Virus record (IMG/VR): IMGVR_UViG_3300037722_000477
Span: 1-43,846 of that record
DNA length: 43,846 bases
Source of the DNA: a virus
Taxonomy: Duplodnaviria; Caudoviricetes
Strand: one strand, 5' to 3'
Shown here: positions 6,522 to 16,552 of the stretch, one piece after another
Numbering within the stretch: position 1 is the first letter of the stretch
Layout of the letters: the number at the start of each line of letters is the position of its first letter
Made by a program: the position numbers and the translations under genes
The notes under the pieces: model-generated
Seen by the model: only the letters and a program-made list of their open reading frames with translations
Database searches by the model: none
Told to the model about the DNA's origin: nothing

Positions 6522-7934
6522 ATGGTCGCTGACCAGCTCCAGCAGATCGTGGCGGAGATTGAGCGTCGACAGTCGGCCAAGTTCGGCCAGTACTTTCAGG
6601 ATGGCGGAGCGTTTCCGCGCACGGGCTATCCCAAGCACTTGGAATTCTTTGGGGCTGGGGCCAGTTACAAAGAGCGGCTGTTTATGGCCGCGAATCGCGT
6701 CGGCAAGTCGGAGGGAGGCGCGTACGAGCTGACCTGCCACCTGACGGGACGCTATCCGGCCTGGTGGCAGGGGCGGCGGTTCACGAGCCCGATCGAGGCG
6801 TGGGCCTGCGGTACGAACTCAGAAACCGCGCGGGACATCGTGCAGACGAAGCTCTTCGGGCCGTCCGACAAGATTGGGGAGTGGGCCGGCGGGATGGTGC
6901 CACCCAACCTGATTGCCAAGTTCACGCGCCGGCAACATGGCCTGTCGAATTCGCTCGAAAGCATCTGGGTCAAGCATGTCAGCGGCGGCCTGAGCGTGGT
7001 GGGCCTGAAAACCTACGAGCAGGGGCGCAAGTCGTTCGAGGGGACGGCGAAGCACGTCATCTGGTGTGACGAGGAACCGCCCGCCGACTGCTACACAGAG
7101 ATGCTGTATCGGACGCTCACCACACAAGGGATCGTGATGGTGACGTTTACGCCCCTCCAAGGTATGTCGGAGGTGGTGACGGGGTTTCTTGAGCCGTCCG
7201 AGGCGGCGAAGGCGCACAAGTGGTACATCCAAGCGGGCTGGCGTGATGTGCCGCACCTGTCCGAAGTCGACAAGGCCGCGCTGATCGCGACCACGCCCCC
7301 CTACCAAATCAAGGCGCGCACTGAAGGCGAGCCCGTGCTGGGTGCTGGGGCGATTTACCCCATTGCCGAGGAAGAGATTGTAGTGCCCACGCGGATGGTG
7401 CCGGAGACGTGGCGGCGAGTCTACGGGATGGACGTGGGATGGAATCGTACGGCGGTGATCTGGGCGGCCCAGAACCCTGGCTCTGGTGCCTTCGAGTTGT
7501 ACGACGAGCACTATCTAGGGCAGGGTGAGCCGGCCAGCCATGCCGCCGCGATCAAGGCCCGCGGCGAGTGGATGAACGGTGTAATTGATCCGGCATCAGC
7601 AGGGGCATCCCAAAAAGATGGCGAGAAGCTCATTGAAATTTACCAGGGACTCGGGTTGCGGCTACAGCCCGCTGCGAATACGGTTGAGGCGGGTCTGATG
7701 GCAGTGTGGAACCTGCTGATTACCGGCCGACTCCGGGTGCAGGCGCATCTGCACAACTGGCGCACTGAGTTTCGCAAGTATCACCGCGACGAGCGGGGAA
7801 AAATCGTGAAGGCTCACGATCACTTGATGGATGCCACGCGCTACTTGGTGATTTCAGGCGAGCCATTCCTGTCTGTGGAGGTGACAAGCCATATGTGGGA
7901 TGCCCCGATGCCGACAAGCTGGCAGGCGGTGTAG
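6522..7934 (+). CDS. terL: Terminase large subunit (P22 gp2-like)
   Basis: Walker A MAANRVGKS, Walker B IWCDEEP, TFTP motif, nuclease GMDVGW and DHLMDATRY. Confidence 0.95.
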   Translation: MVADQLQQIVAEIERRQSAKFGQYFQDGGAFPRTGYPKHLEFFGAGASYKERLFMAANRVGKSEGGAYELTCHLTGRYPAWWQGRRFTSPIEAWACGTNSETARDIVQTKLFGPSDKIGEWAGGMVPPNLIAKFTRRQHGLSNSLESIWVKHVSGGLSVVGLKTYEQGRKSFEGTAKHVIWCDEEPPADCYTEMLYRTLTTQGIVMVTFTPLQGMSEVVTGFLEPSEAAKAHKWYIQAGWRDVPHLSEVDKAALIATTPPYQIKARTEGEPVLGAGAIYPIAEEEIVVPTRMVPETWRRVYGMDVGWNRTAVIWAAQNPGSGAFELYDEHYLGQGEPASHAAAIKARGEWMNGVIDPASAGASQKDGEKLIEIYQGLGLRLQPAANTVEAGLMAVWNLLITGRLRVQAHLHNWRTEFRKYHRDERGKIVKAHDHLMDATRYLVISGEPFLSVEVTSHMWDAPMPTSWQAV

Positions 7935-7936
7935 TG

Positions 7937-8185
7937 ATGTCTGGGCCTGTGACGGTGGCGCAACTCCTCTCGGCCTCTCGGGCGGCGCATCTGGCCTATC
8001 AGGGCGAGCAACGGAAGCAGCCGGCCAATTACGCCGTGTGCGAACGGTACGTGGCCGAGGCACTGCGACTCAGGAGTGAGGCGCACGCGGCGGATCCGCA
8101 GCACGTAGACGCGGCGTGGCGGGACGATAAAGTGCCGCATGCCGAGCTCGTGGCCTTCTATGCACGCTATCTGGTGACGCTGTGA
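7937..8185 (+). CDS. Hypothetical protein
   Basis: Fills terL-portal gap; coupled. Confidence 0.6.
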   Translation: MSGPVTVAQLLSASRAAHLAYQGEQRKQPANYAVCERYVAEALRLRSEAHAADPQHVDAAWRDDKVPHAELVAFYARYLVTL

Positions 8186-8472
8186 GGACTGACACCAAGA
8201 AGGTGCGCCAGCAGGCGCGGAAGCTCATTGGCGCGTCGGGGCTGGACCGGCTCGCCGAGCACGATGCGGCGCTGATGCATCACGCCAGCGCGATCGCGCA
8301 GCTCATCGCGCGCCAGGACGACATGCTGACGAAGGCAGCGAGTCATGCCGAGCAACTCGACCAGGCCATCCAGTCGAAGTTCAACGTGGCGGCGGCCTAT
8401 ATCGGCGCAGAGACGCGCGTCTTGAAGCGCCCCTTCCGTGGCCGTCTCCGCTGGCTGCTGACTGGACGATAG
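8182..8472 (+). CDS. Hypothetical protein
   Basis: GTGA overlap; C-terminal FRGRLRWLLTGR. Confidence 0.6.
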   Translation: MRTDTKKVRQQARKLIGASGLDRLAEHDAALMHHASAIAQLIARQDDMLTKAASHAEQLDQAIQSKFNVAAAYIGAETRVLKRPFRGRLRWLLTGR

Positions 8473-8475
8473 CCC

Positions 8476-10812
8476 ATGACCCCTCCTGAAGCCGTCGAAC
8501 GCACGGCCCGCCAGGGACGCTCGGCGATCGTCGCGGAAGCGCTCGCCTTCCAAAAACTCTCATCGGAGGCGTTCTTTGATCAGCGCACCCGGGAAGAGAA
8601 GGCGCTCGAGTTCCAGGTCCCGGAGAATCAGTGGCCCGACGATGTGAAGGCGCAGCGCCAAGGCCAGAGCGTCCAGGGCGTCCCGTTGCCGGCGCGGCCG
8701 ATGTTGAGCATCCCGATCCTGGACCAGCCGATTCAGCTCCAGCTCAATCAGGAGAAAAGCGCCCATTTGGGCGTGCAGGTGCATCCGCTCTCGGAAGACG
8801 CCACCGACGACACGGCGGACATCCTGCAGGGGGTGTATCGGCATATCGAGGTGGAGTCACGGGCCGGACTGGCGCGGTCCTGGGCGTTCGATCGGGCGGT
8901 GAAGGCGGGGTGGGGCGTCTATCGCGTCAACGTGGTCTACGACGACGCCAGCGACGACCCGCGCGACCTCACGATTCGGATCGATCGCATCCTGCATCAG
9001 TCCAGCGTGTTCCTGGATCCCTACGCGCAGCAGCCGGATTGGAGCGATGGGACGCGGGCGCTCATCGTGAGCTATGTGCCGTGGACGACCTACACACGTG
9101 AATATCCGACGTCGACGCTGCAGGGCTACGGCGATGACGAACTCTCGCAGTTGGCAACCGATTACCCGTTCTGGATCAACGGGACCGGCGAATCCCGGGC
9201 GGTCTGTGTCGCGGAGTACTTCTACACCACCTATCGCGACCGGAACTGGGCGATTCTGAGTAATGGCGCCTTCGCCTTCGAGGATGATCCGCTCCCGGAG
9301 GGCGTCACGATCGTCTCACCGGGGATTCGGCCCGTGCAGTGGCCCGAGGTGCGCTGGTGCAAGCTGAATGCGGTCGAAGAGCTTGACGCCAAGCTGTGGA
9401 ACGGCCGGTATATTCCCCTCATCCCCGTGATCGGGAAGGAATTGCAGCCGTTCACGGGCGAGCGGATCTGGATGGGCATGATCGAGCCCAACATGGACGC
9501 GGCGCGGCTCGTGAATTACGAGGTCAGTAACGCTGTCGAAAAGGACGCGCTCGCCCCGAAGGCCCCGTATGTGGGTGCGGTGGGGCAATTCAAGACCATG
9601 CGGAAGCAATGGGATCAGGCCAACGTGCGCAATTTCAGCACGCTGGAATATGACCCGGTGGCGGCCGGTGGCCAGTTGGCCCCGCCGCCGCAGCGGAATA
9701 TGGTCAGCGCGGACCTGACCTCGGCGCTGCAGCTCGTGGATCTGGCGCGGAACCTGGTGCAGCTCGGGACCTCCACGACGGATTCGGCGGCGCTGGAGCA
9801 GCTGGCGAAGCGGCGCGTGGCGAAGGAGACGATCGCCGGGCTGGCCAATCAGGGCGAGGTCGGCAATTCCAACTACATCACGAACCTCGCGGAAATCTCC
9901 ATGCCGTACGAGGCAAAAGTGGTGCTCGACCTGATTCCAAAGGTGTACGACCGACCGGGCCGGATCGCCCAGGTCTTGGGCTCCGATGACAACGCGCGCA
10001 AGACGGTCATGCTCAATGCGCCGTTCCAGATGGACCCGCAGACGAAGCGCCCGCGGGCGGTCGAGGATCCGCAAGCTACCGACGGGAAGGTCCTGCATTA
10101 CGACTTCTCGAAAGGCAAATACGGGTTCGTGGTCGAGGTCGGCAAGTCCTACAAGACCCGTTTGCAGCAGGGCGCGGATGCGCTCGGGCAGTTGATCGGC
10201 GGCGCGCCCGCGCTGATGACGCTGCTCGGGGACATCTGGGCGCAGTTCCAGGACTTTCCGGGCCATCTCGAGGTGGCGAAGCGGTTCAAGGCCATGCTGC
10301 CCCCGCAGGTCAAGCAGTCGGACGAGGACGAGGACTCGCCGGAGGCGGCCCAGGCGAAGCTCGCCCAGGCCGGCCAGATGATCCAGCAGAGGACCGAGCA
10401 GTTACAGCAGATGCAGAAGGCGATCGACGAGGAGCAGGTCCAGCAGCAGGCCGAAACGCAGCGCGCCGCGATGGACCACGAGACGAAACGCCAGGTGGCC
10501 TTCGATAACAACCAGACGAAGATCGCGATCGAGAAAATCAAGGCGGATCTGCAGCAGGCCCTCGCGACCTTCGAGGCCCGCACGTCGGCGCTCACGCGGG
10601 AAGACGAGCAGCGGCATGATGTCGCGATGGCGGCCGCTGAGGCCGAGCACGAGACGCGGACGGCCAAGGCCGAGGCGGTGCAGGCCGCCGCGATGGCCGA
10701 GCGCGACGGGGAGCGGACGGCCGAGGAAGCGGAGCGCGGGCGGCAGGCGACGGCGGACGAGAACGAGCGCAACCGGCAGGCCGACAGTGAGCGCGATGAC
10801 GACACCACGTAA
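8476..10812 (+). CDS. Portal protein (P22 gp1-like) with long C-terminal coiled coil
   Basis: 778 aa after terL; NQWP, G.YIPLIPVIG, APKAPY, GKYGFVVEVGKSYKTR. Confidence 0.93.
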   Translation: MTPPEAVERTARQGRSAIVAEALAFQKLSSEAFFDQRTREEKALEFQVPENQWPDDVKAQRQGQSVQGVPLPARPMLSIPILDQPIQLQLNQEKSAHLGVQVHPLSEDATDDTADILQGVYRHIEVESRAGLARSWAFDRAVKAGWGVYRVNVVYDDASDDPRDLTIRIDRILHQSSVFLDPYAQQPDWSDGTRALIVSYVPWTTYTREYPTSTLQGYGDDELSQLATDYPFWINGTGESRAVCVAEYFYTTYRDRNWAILSNGAFAFEDDPLPEGVTIVSPGIRPVQWPEVRWCKLNAVEELDAKLWNGRYIPLIPVIGKELQPFTGERIWMGMIEPNMDAARLVNYEVSNAVEKDALAPKAPYVGAVGQFKTMRKQWDQANVRNFSTLEYDPVAAGGQLAPPPQRNMVSADLTSALQLVDLARNLVQLGTSTTDSAALEQLAKRRVAKETIAGLANQGEVGNSNYITNLAEISMPYEAKVVLDLIPKVYDRPGRIAQVLGSDDNARKTVMLNAPFQMDPQTKRPRAVEDPQATDGKVLHYDFSKGKYGFVVEVGKSYKTRLQQGADALGQLIGGAPALMTLLGDIWAQFQDFPGHLEVAKRFKAMLPPQVKQSDEDEDSPEAAQAKLAQAGQMIQQRTEQLQQMQKAIDEEQVQQQAETQRAAMDHETKRQVAFDNNQTKIAIEKIKADLQQALATFEARTSALTREDEQRHDVAMAAAEAEHETRTAKAEAVQAAAMAERDGERTAEEAERGRQATADENERNRQADSERDDDTT

Positions 10813-10945
10813 GGGCAGCAAGAAGCCTGATCCGCGCGACTGCCCGGCCTGCGGCACGCGCATGGAGTGCAAGGCCGAGATCGGCGAGTCTGACGAACTC
10901 TGGCAATGTCCGGCGTGCAAGAACGTGGAGGTGCGTTGGCGTTGA
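10796..10945 (+). CDS. Small zinc-ribbon protein
   Basis: CPACG...WQCPACK. Confidence 0.55.
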   Translation: MTTPRKGSKKPDPRDCPACGTRMECKAEIGESDELWQCPACKNVEVRWR

Positions 10946-11118
10946 AGCCGTCCATGCCGGCGTACGACGAGAGCATGTCCTACATGCGGCTCAGTGAACG
11001 CCTGTACGCGGAGCGGTTCAACGGGGCCGTGCTGCTGCATTTTCGCAACGGCATCCCGCGCGAGGTCGAGATTCCGAAGGCTCCGACAAAGATTCGCTTG
11101 ACAGAGGTCGTCGAGTAG
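10942..11118 (+). CDS. Small hypothetical protein
   Basis: GGAGGTG SD, TTG start overlapping stop; FNGAVLLHFRNG. Confidence 0.55.
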   Translation: MKPSMPAYDESMSYMRLSERLYAERFNGAVLLHFRNGIPREVEIPKAPTKIRLTEVVE

Positions 11119-11250
11119 GCGCACGATGTAGGCTCGCGCCCGAACCGCGCGAGACAATTTCATCGCCCAGAAGAACATTCCGGCTCGCGGAGCCGGCGAG
11201 TGTTTCGAGGCCAGTTCTCAGTGCACCACGCACTGGGGCCTGGCCTTTTG
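11098..11250 (+). promoter_or_regulatory. Promoter and structured leader of scaffold/coat operon
   Basis: TTGACA 11098-11103, CACGAT 11122-11127 (18-bp spacer); hairpins 11173-11205 and 11208-11246, the latter followed by T-run. Confidence 0.5.
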
Positions 11251-11267
11251 TGCGTTCTAGGGAGTGC

Positions 11268-12236
11268 ATGGCCGTTCAGGAGTACGCCAGCGTCAGCCAC
11301 GACGGAGTGGAGGTCATCTCCAACACCGGCACGGAAGCCGAGCTTCGGGAAGAGCTGCGCCTCGATCCGCTGCCGCCGACGGACGCGGACGCCGATCCGG
11401 GCGACGACGCGCCGCCGGCCGCGGCACAGGCCGCGGCGCAGGACGAGCCCGTCAAGGGCAAGGACGCCAAGCCGCGCATTGACAAGCTGACGTTTGAGCG
11501 GGAGCAGGCCAAGCGCGAGGCTGATGAGGCCAAGGCCGAAGCGGCGCGCCTGCGCGAGGAACTGGGCCGCTACAAGGCCAAGGGTGAGCGCGTCGACGAC
11601 GTGCAACCGCCGAAGCCGTACGACGGCACGGACCCGACCGATCTCAAGCCCAGCGTGGCGGAGTTCGAGGACCACGACGCCTATCTGGATGCCCGAGACG
11701 CGTGGAACGAGCGCCGGATCGAGCGCAAGGGCGAGGCGCAGCGCCGGGTCGAGGCGCGCACGCGCTCGATGGTCCATCACGAGCAGGGTTTCGCGACGCG
11801 ATACCAGGAGGCGACGGCGAAGGACCCCGGCCTCCCGGCATTGCTGCAGTCCAGCGGCGTGCAGATCCAGGCCAGCGGACCGATGCCGGACGTGATCCGC
11901 ATGTCGCCGGTCGGCGTCGAGATGCTGCGCTACCTCGCCACGCACAAGGCCGAGGCGGACCGCCTCAACGCGATCACGCACCCGATGGTGCTCTTCGGTG
12001 AGATGAAGGCGCTCGAGGGGGCAGTGAACGCCAGTATGCACACGCGGGAGCAGGCTGCACAGGCCGGCTCGGTCGCTCCCGTGAAGCCAGCCACGAAAGC
12101 GCATCCCCCCATTCAGCCGGTGGTGGGGTCGCCTGTGACCGTAGCGGATGACGGACCTCCCGGGGACGACGCCAGTGACGACGCGCACTATGCGTTCTGG
12201 AACGACCCGAAGAACCGCGCCAAATACGGCAGATAG
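11268..12236 (+). CDS. Capsid scaffolding protein
   Basis: Between portal and coat; RIDKLT coiled coil; P...FED..AY..A motif; C-terminal PPIQPV. Confidence 0.85.
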   Translation: MAVQEYASVSHDGVEVISNTGTEAELREELRLDPLPPTDADADPGDDAPPAAAQAAAQDEPVKGKDAKPRIDKLTFEREQAKREADEAKAEAARLREELGRYKAKGERVDDVQPPKPYDGTDPTDLKPSVAEFEDHDAYLDARDAWNERRIERKGEAQRRVEARTRSMVHHEQGFATRYQEATAKDPGLPALLQSSGVQIQASGPMPDVIRMSPVGVEMLRYLATHKAEADRLNAITHPMVLFGEMKALEGAVNASMHTREQAAQAGSVAPVKPATKAHPPIQPVVGSPVTVADDGPPGDDASDDAHYAFWNDPKNRAKYGR

Positions 12237-12245
12237 CGACTCGCC

Positions 12246-13457
12246 ATGGCCGTCGATACGTTTATCACGCCGACCTGGATCGGACGCGAAGTCCTCCGGG
12301 TTGCGGACAACAACACGCGCTTTGTCCGGAACATTACCAAGAAGCTGGGGAACGATTTCATCGTCTCGGGCGTGAAAGTCGGTGACACCGTCGGGGTGCG
12401 CCTGCCGCAGCGCTTCGTGACCAATAAGGGGCAGGCCTTCCAGGGGCAGGGCCTCACCGATCAGGTGGTCTACGTGACGATCACCGATCAGGCCAACATC
12501 GGCTGGCAGTGGTCCTCGCAGCAGGGCACGTTCAACGTGCAGGACACGATGGAGCGGTACGTCAATCCCGCCGCCATTCAGATGGCGAACACATGGGATA
12601 AGGATGGGCTCGGGCGTGTCTACCAGGATGTCTACTGGAGCGCCGGCACGCCGGGGACGGTGCCGACATCGAACACGACCTACCTGGAGTTGGCGGACCG
12701 GCTCACGATGATCGCGGCGGTCCCGATGGACAGCCGGAACATGGTGCTGAACTCGCTGGCGGCGACGGCGATCGCTAACGCCAACGTGACCCTGTTCAAC
12801 CCGTCCCGCCTGATCGGGGACGCGCTCACGAACGGCATGTTCATGAGCAAGGCCCTGAAGTGGAACGAGTGGTGGGAGGACGTCAACACTTACCCGCACA
12901 CGTACGGGACGTATTCGGGCACGCCGCTCGTCAAGGGCGCGAATCAGACCGGATCCAGCCTGATCACCGATGGGTGGGGCGTGTCCACGCTGAATCGCGG
13001 CGACGTGTTCACGATCGGCTCGGGTTCCACGGCCACGATCGCGACCAACGTGCAGAGCTACCAGAGCTCGACGTTGGCCCAGCAGTTTGTGGTGACGCAG
13101 ACGGTGAGCGATTCGTCGGGCGACATGACGATCGCGATCTCGCCGCCGATCATCACATCGGGTCCCTATCAGAACGTGGTGGCCTCGCCGGCCAACGACG
13201 CGACGATCAACGTCATCGGCTCGACGGCGGCCGTCTCGATGCAGAATCTCGGGTTCCACAAACAGTCGTTTGTCATGGCGTCGGCGGATCCGATCATGCC
13301 GAACCAGGGGAAAGCCAAGATCGTCCGGAAGAACGGCATCGCCATGCGGCTGTGGGAAGCGTCGGACATCATGACCGACCAGCACCCGAGCCGCCTGGAT
13401 TCCTTCTACGGATTCCGCACCGTCCGCCCCGATTGGGCGGGCCGGCTGCAGAGCTAA
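12246..13457 (+). CDS. Major capsid protein (P22 gp5 family)
   Basis: KVGDTVGVRLPQRF, GDVFTIG, QQFVV, ISPPII, NLGFHK, RLDSFYG..VRPDWA. Confidence 0.93.
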   Translation: MAVDTFITPTWIGREVLRVADNNTRFVRNITKKLGNDFIVSGVKVGDTVGVRLPQRFVTNKGQAFQGQGLTDQVVYVTITDQANIGWQWSSQQGTFNVQDTMERYVNPAAIQMANTWDKDGLGRVYQDVYWSAGTPGTVPTSNTTYLELADRLTMIAAVPMDSRNMVLNSLAATAIANANVTLFNPSRLIGDALTNGMFMSKALKWNEWWEDVNTYPHTYGTYSGTPLVKGANQTGSSLITDGWGVSTLNRGDVFTIGSGSTATIATNVQSYQSSTLAQQFVVTQTVSDSSGDMTIAISPPIITSGPYQNVVASPANDATINVIGSTAAVSMQNLGFHKQSFVMASADPIMPNQGKAKIVRKNGIAMRLWEASDIMTDQHPSRLDSFYGFRTVRPDWAGRLQS

Positions 13458-13469
13458 GGGAGAGGACAC

Positions 13470-14108
13470 ATGGCGACTGTCACGGCAACGCTGCTCAACG
13501 GCGCGATCACGAAGAACGACACCAGCGTCCGCCTGGATGCGGTCACCGGCTTTTCCAAGGGTCGGTATTTCCGCATCGACAACGAATGGCTGATCTGCAC
13601 GTCGGACGCGGATGCCACGGCGCTCACCGTGCCCTGCAAGCGCGGGGAGCTCGGCACGGCGGCCGTGGCCCACGTGGACAACTCGCCGGTCGTGGTGACC
13701 GACGATCCGAACGACAGCACGGCCCCGCAGACGGTGGATCAGCTCGCGGAGCCGATCCCCACGTCCAATCAGCTCTCGTATCCCCGCTACAGCTATGCCG
13801 CCTCGGGGGCGCTGACGCCGACGCGCGGGATTCACATGCTGATCGGGACGGGTGCACTGGCGATGACGCTCGCGGTCCCCAGCAAACTCCGGGACACCGA
13901 CGAGATGGTGATCATCGGCAACGGCAAGGCCGCGCACACCGTCACGCTCGCCACCGCGGTGGGCGATGCCGGCGCAGGCTACACGGTGCTGACGTTCCCG
14001 GCGGGCGGGCAGGTCGGCTTCCGGGTGATGGCGATGAACGGGATCTGGGTGCTGCTGTCCCCGCCGATCTCGGGCACCGCCACCAACATCACGGTCGCGA
14101 TCGCGTAG
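13470..14108 (+). CDS. Putative virion decoration protein
   Basis: Beta-rich, Thr/Ala-rich, directly after coat and before terminator. Confidence 0.6.
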   Translation: MATVTATLLNGAITKNDTSVRLDAVTGFSKGRYFRIDNEWLICTSDADATALTVPCKRGELGTAAVAHVDNSPVVVTDDPNDSTAPQTVDQLAEPIPTSNQLSYPRYSYAASGALTPTRGIHMLIGTGALAMTLAVPSKLRDTDEMVIIGNGKAAHTVTLATAVGDAGAGYTVLTFPAGGQVGFRVMAMNGIWVLLSPPISGTATNITVAIA

Positions 14109-14117
14109 TCGTCGCGC

Positions 14118-14152
14118 GCGGGTCCGCTCCATGGTGGGCGGACCCGCTTTTT
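14118..14152 (+). terminator. Rho-independent terminator
   Basis: GCGGGTCCGC / GCGGACCCGC stem followed by TTTTT. Confidence 0.8.
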
Positions 14153-14165
14153 CAGGAGAGTGCCT

Positions 14166-14642
14166 ATGTCCGCGTTCCCGATTGCGCCGCATCCGTTCGA
14201 CCAGCCCACCGTGATCGACGGGGAGGAGATGCACCGGCTCAAAAACACGCCGATCGCCGTGCCGGATTGGCTCACGGCGAAGCTGGATGAGGCGACCCGG
14301 CAGTACCGCAACCAAGACTTCCCGGCCGCGATCTATCGCCTCGTGCGGAGCGCCGCCGGCACGGACCGCGTGGACTCGCGGCTCGTGCAGTCGGAGTCTG
14401 AGCGGCAGGAGTACCTCGCGAAGGGCTGGGCCACGTCGCCGGCCGACGCGAAGGACGCGGACACCCGGTATCAGGAAGGCATCGCGTATCAGGCGGCGAT
14501 GCGCGCCAAGGACGATCTGCGCCTGGGGGAGAAGGCGACAGCGGAACTGGAGGCGGCCGAAGACGCCGCCGAGGATCACGTGCTCGACGTGCAGCCGGCG
14601 CCCAAGCGTGGGCCGGGCCGGCCGCGCGCGGTGACAGCGTAA
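14166..14642 (+). CDS. Hypothetical head-cluster protein
   Basis: AGGAG SD; C-terminal KRGPGRPR AT-hook-like tail. Confidence 0.7.
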   Translation: MSAFPIAPHPFDQPTVIDGEEMHRLKNTPIAVPDWLTAKLDEATRQYRNQDFPAAIYRLVRSAAGTDRVDSRLVQSESERQEYLAKGWATSPADAKDADTRYQEGIAYQAAMRAKDDLRLGEKATAELEAAEDAAEDHVLDVQPAPKRGPGRPRAVTA

Positions 14643-14700
14643 ACCCATTCCGTCCTGTGTGGGACGGCCCCCGACTGCAGAGCGGGAGGAATGAGGCGAC

Positions 14701-15678
14701 ATGAAGGTACTGAGCGGAGGTGGTGTCTTTTCGAGGCAGAACATCGCGGACATCAACCAGAACTTCCAGCAGATCCAAGCGGACTACTACCTCGACGGTC
14801 AGTACGGCTACGACGGCAATCCGGGGACGTCGCCGGGATTGGCGTTTCGGACGCCGAAGCCGCTCGATCTCGCGTTGCCGAATTGGCGACGGCTGCACAA
14901 CACGCAGCAGACCATCCGTGTCGCGATTGCCGGCGTGCTGACCTACGAATGGAACGCGCCCATCGTCAACAACGTGGCGCTGATCGGGGCACCTGGGAAT
15001 CCTCGGCAGGCCACGACATCCGGCATCGCGAATGGGGGCGGATCGACCTGGCTCTCTCCGACCTCGGCGACGGATTCACTCCTGACCATCAACGGCCAGG
15101 CGTGGACGGTGCAGAACATTTACTTCAACAACTCCTGCACCACGGCGACGACTGGTTGTATCGAGTTGGTCGGCGGTGGCGATCCGCCCCTGACGGCTGA
15201 CGCTGGCCACTCGCAGATCGTGAACTGCCGGTTCATCGGGGAGGCGAACGGCCTCTATATCAACGGCGGCCCAGGGTTCCTGCTGATCCAGAACAACATT
15301 TTCCAGAACTTCGACACGTCTGGCGATTGCGCGATTCTGGCGGGCGGGAGCGGGGGCACGGGCTGGCAGACACGCGTGCTGGACAACGTGTTCACGGCCA
15401 ACCTGACGCATCTCAAGCCGCTGTCGGCGGCGTACGGCTGGGAAGTGGCCTACAACCGCTTCAGTTATATCGATGTGGGCGTGACGACGACGACGCAGAT
15501 CGATTTCACGGGCGGCAACAACAACAGCGTCCACAACAACTACTTCGATCTGCCGTACACCACGACGGGGCTCGCGGCGATGTTTGTGCTGGGGACCAAC
15601 GACCGCTGGTACTTCAACGAGTTCGCGACGGCGGTCGGGACGACGATCTTCAGCTTTGGTGGCCCGCAGACATCGTAA
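14701..15678 (+). CDS. Right-handed parallel beta-helix (pectin-lyase-like) virion protein
   Basis: Asn-ladder repeats (VQNIYF, IVNCRF, IQNNIF, VLDNVF, VAYNRF, VHNNYF). Confidence 0.75.
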   Translation: MKVLSGGGVFSRQNIADINQNFQQIQADYYLDGQYGYDGNPGTSPGLAFRTPKPLDLALPNWRRLHNTQQTIRVAIAGVLTYEWNAPIVNNVALIGAPGNPRQATTSGIANGGGSTWLSPTSATDSLLTINGQAWTVQNIYFNNSCTTATTGCIELVGGGDPPLTADAGHSQIVNCRFIGEANGLYINGGPGFLLIQNNIFQNFDTSGDCAILAGGSGGTGWQTRVLDNVFTANLTHLKPLSAAYGWEVAYNRFSYIDVGVTTTTQIDFTGGNNNSVHNNYFDLPYTTTGLAAMFVLGTNDRWYFNEFATAVGTTIFSFGGPQTS

Positions 15679-16210
15679 GGTCCAGATCCTCGGCGGCGGC
15701 TGGTCGAAGGGCGACGTCCCGCCCCTCGACCCCGCCGCAGAGGACACGTGGGGCTTCAATGCCCTGATGTTTGTGCGGTTCGCGGGACAGTTCGATGGGT
15801 GGACGCGGTGGTTCGACCTGCACAGTGCGACCTTCACGCCTGCGACGCACCCGGATCGGTGGACCTGGTACCAGCAGCAGACCAAGCCGATCTACCGATG
15901 GGACGTCGATCCGCGCCTGCCGTCGTCGGTAGCGTATCCGCGCGAGGCCGTGCAGGCGTTCTTCGCGGATGGCGCGCTGGAGCGGGACTTCGGCGGCTCG
16001 CTCAGTTGGATGCTGGCGTTGGCGATCGTCGAACGGTTCGACGTCATCGAGCTGTTCTGGTGCCCGCACGATGACGCGAGTCACCGCAAGCAGGTCGCGA
16101 GTATTCGGTACTGGATCGGGCAGGCGCGCGGCCGCGGCCTCACTGTGCGCGTGCACGGGGATTCCGCGATCACGGACGTCGGCCCGCTGTATGGCATCGA
16201 GACGACGTAA
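15659..16210 (+). CDS. Rossmann-like protein resembling GT29/GT42/MptE-like transferases
   Basis: KVQILGGGWS..TWGFN..RWFDLH..YP..SLSWMLALAI..IELF..YWIGQARGRG. Confidence 0.55.
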   Translation: MARRHRKVQILGGGWSKGDVPPLDPAAEDTWGFNALMFVRFAGQFDGWTRWFDLHSATFTPATHPDRWTWYQQQTKPIYRWDVDPRLPSSVAYPREAVQAFFADGALERDFGGSLSWMLALAIVERFDVIELFWCPHDDASHRKQVASIRYWIGQARGRGLTVRVHGDSAITDVGPLYGIETT

Positions 16211-16219
16211 GGACACGAC

Positions 16220-16552
16220 ATGAACGCGACACTGCCGACGCTCTTGCTCGATCGCGTGACCACCGGCACGAGTGTGCCCTGGCAGGTCGCCGGATCCGGC
16301 ATGACGGATCTGACCTTCACCTTTACCAGTGCGGGGACGACGTCGGGCGGCACGATCCTGATCGAAGAGAGCGACGTCCCGAGCTACACCGGGACGTGGA
16401 GCGAGGTCTACAGCGAAGCGGCGTCTGCATTTACGGGCACGGCGAAGCAGGCGATTCACCGACGGATCGGGGCCGGCATGTGGGTCCGCGTGCGCGTGTC
16501 GTCCACCATCACAGGTGGCGGTACGGCCTCCGTCACCGTCACGGGGGCCTAG
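16220..16552 (+). CDS. Small beta-rich virion protein
   Basis: Thr/Ser-rich; ILIEES and WVRVRVS strands. Confidence 0.65.
   Translation: MNATLPTLLLDRVTTGTSVPWQVAGSGMTDLTFTFTSAGTTSGGTILIEESDVPSYTGTWSEVYSEAASAFTGTAKQAIHRRIGAGMWVRVRVSSTITGGGTASVTVTGA

Noticed and set aside
11160-14756. 1198-aa minus-strand ORF
   Set aside because: Antisense shadow of scaffold, coat and decoration genes; Arg/His/Gly-rich, as expected from GC-rich codon bias.
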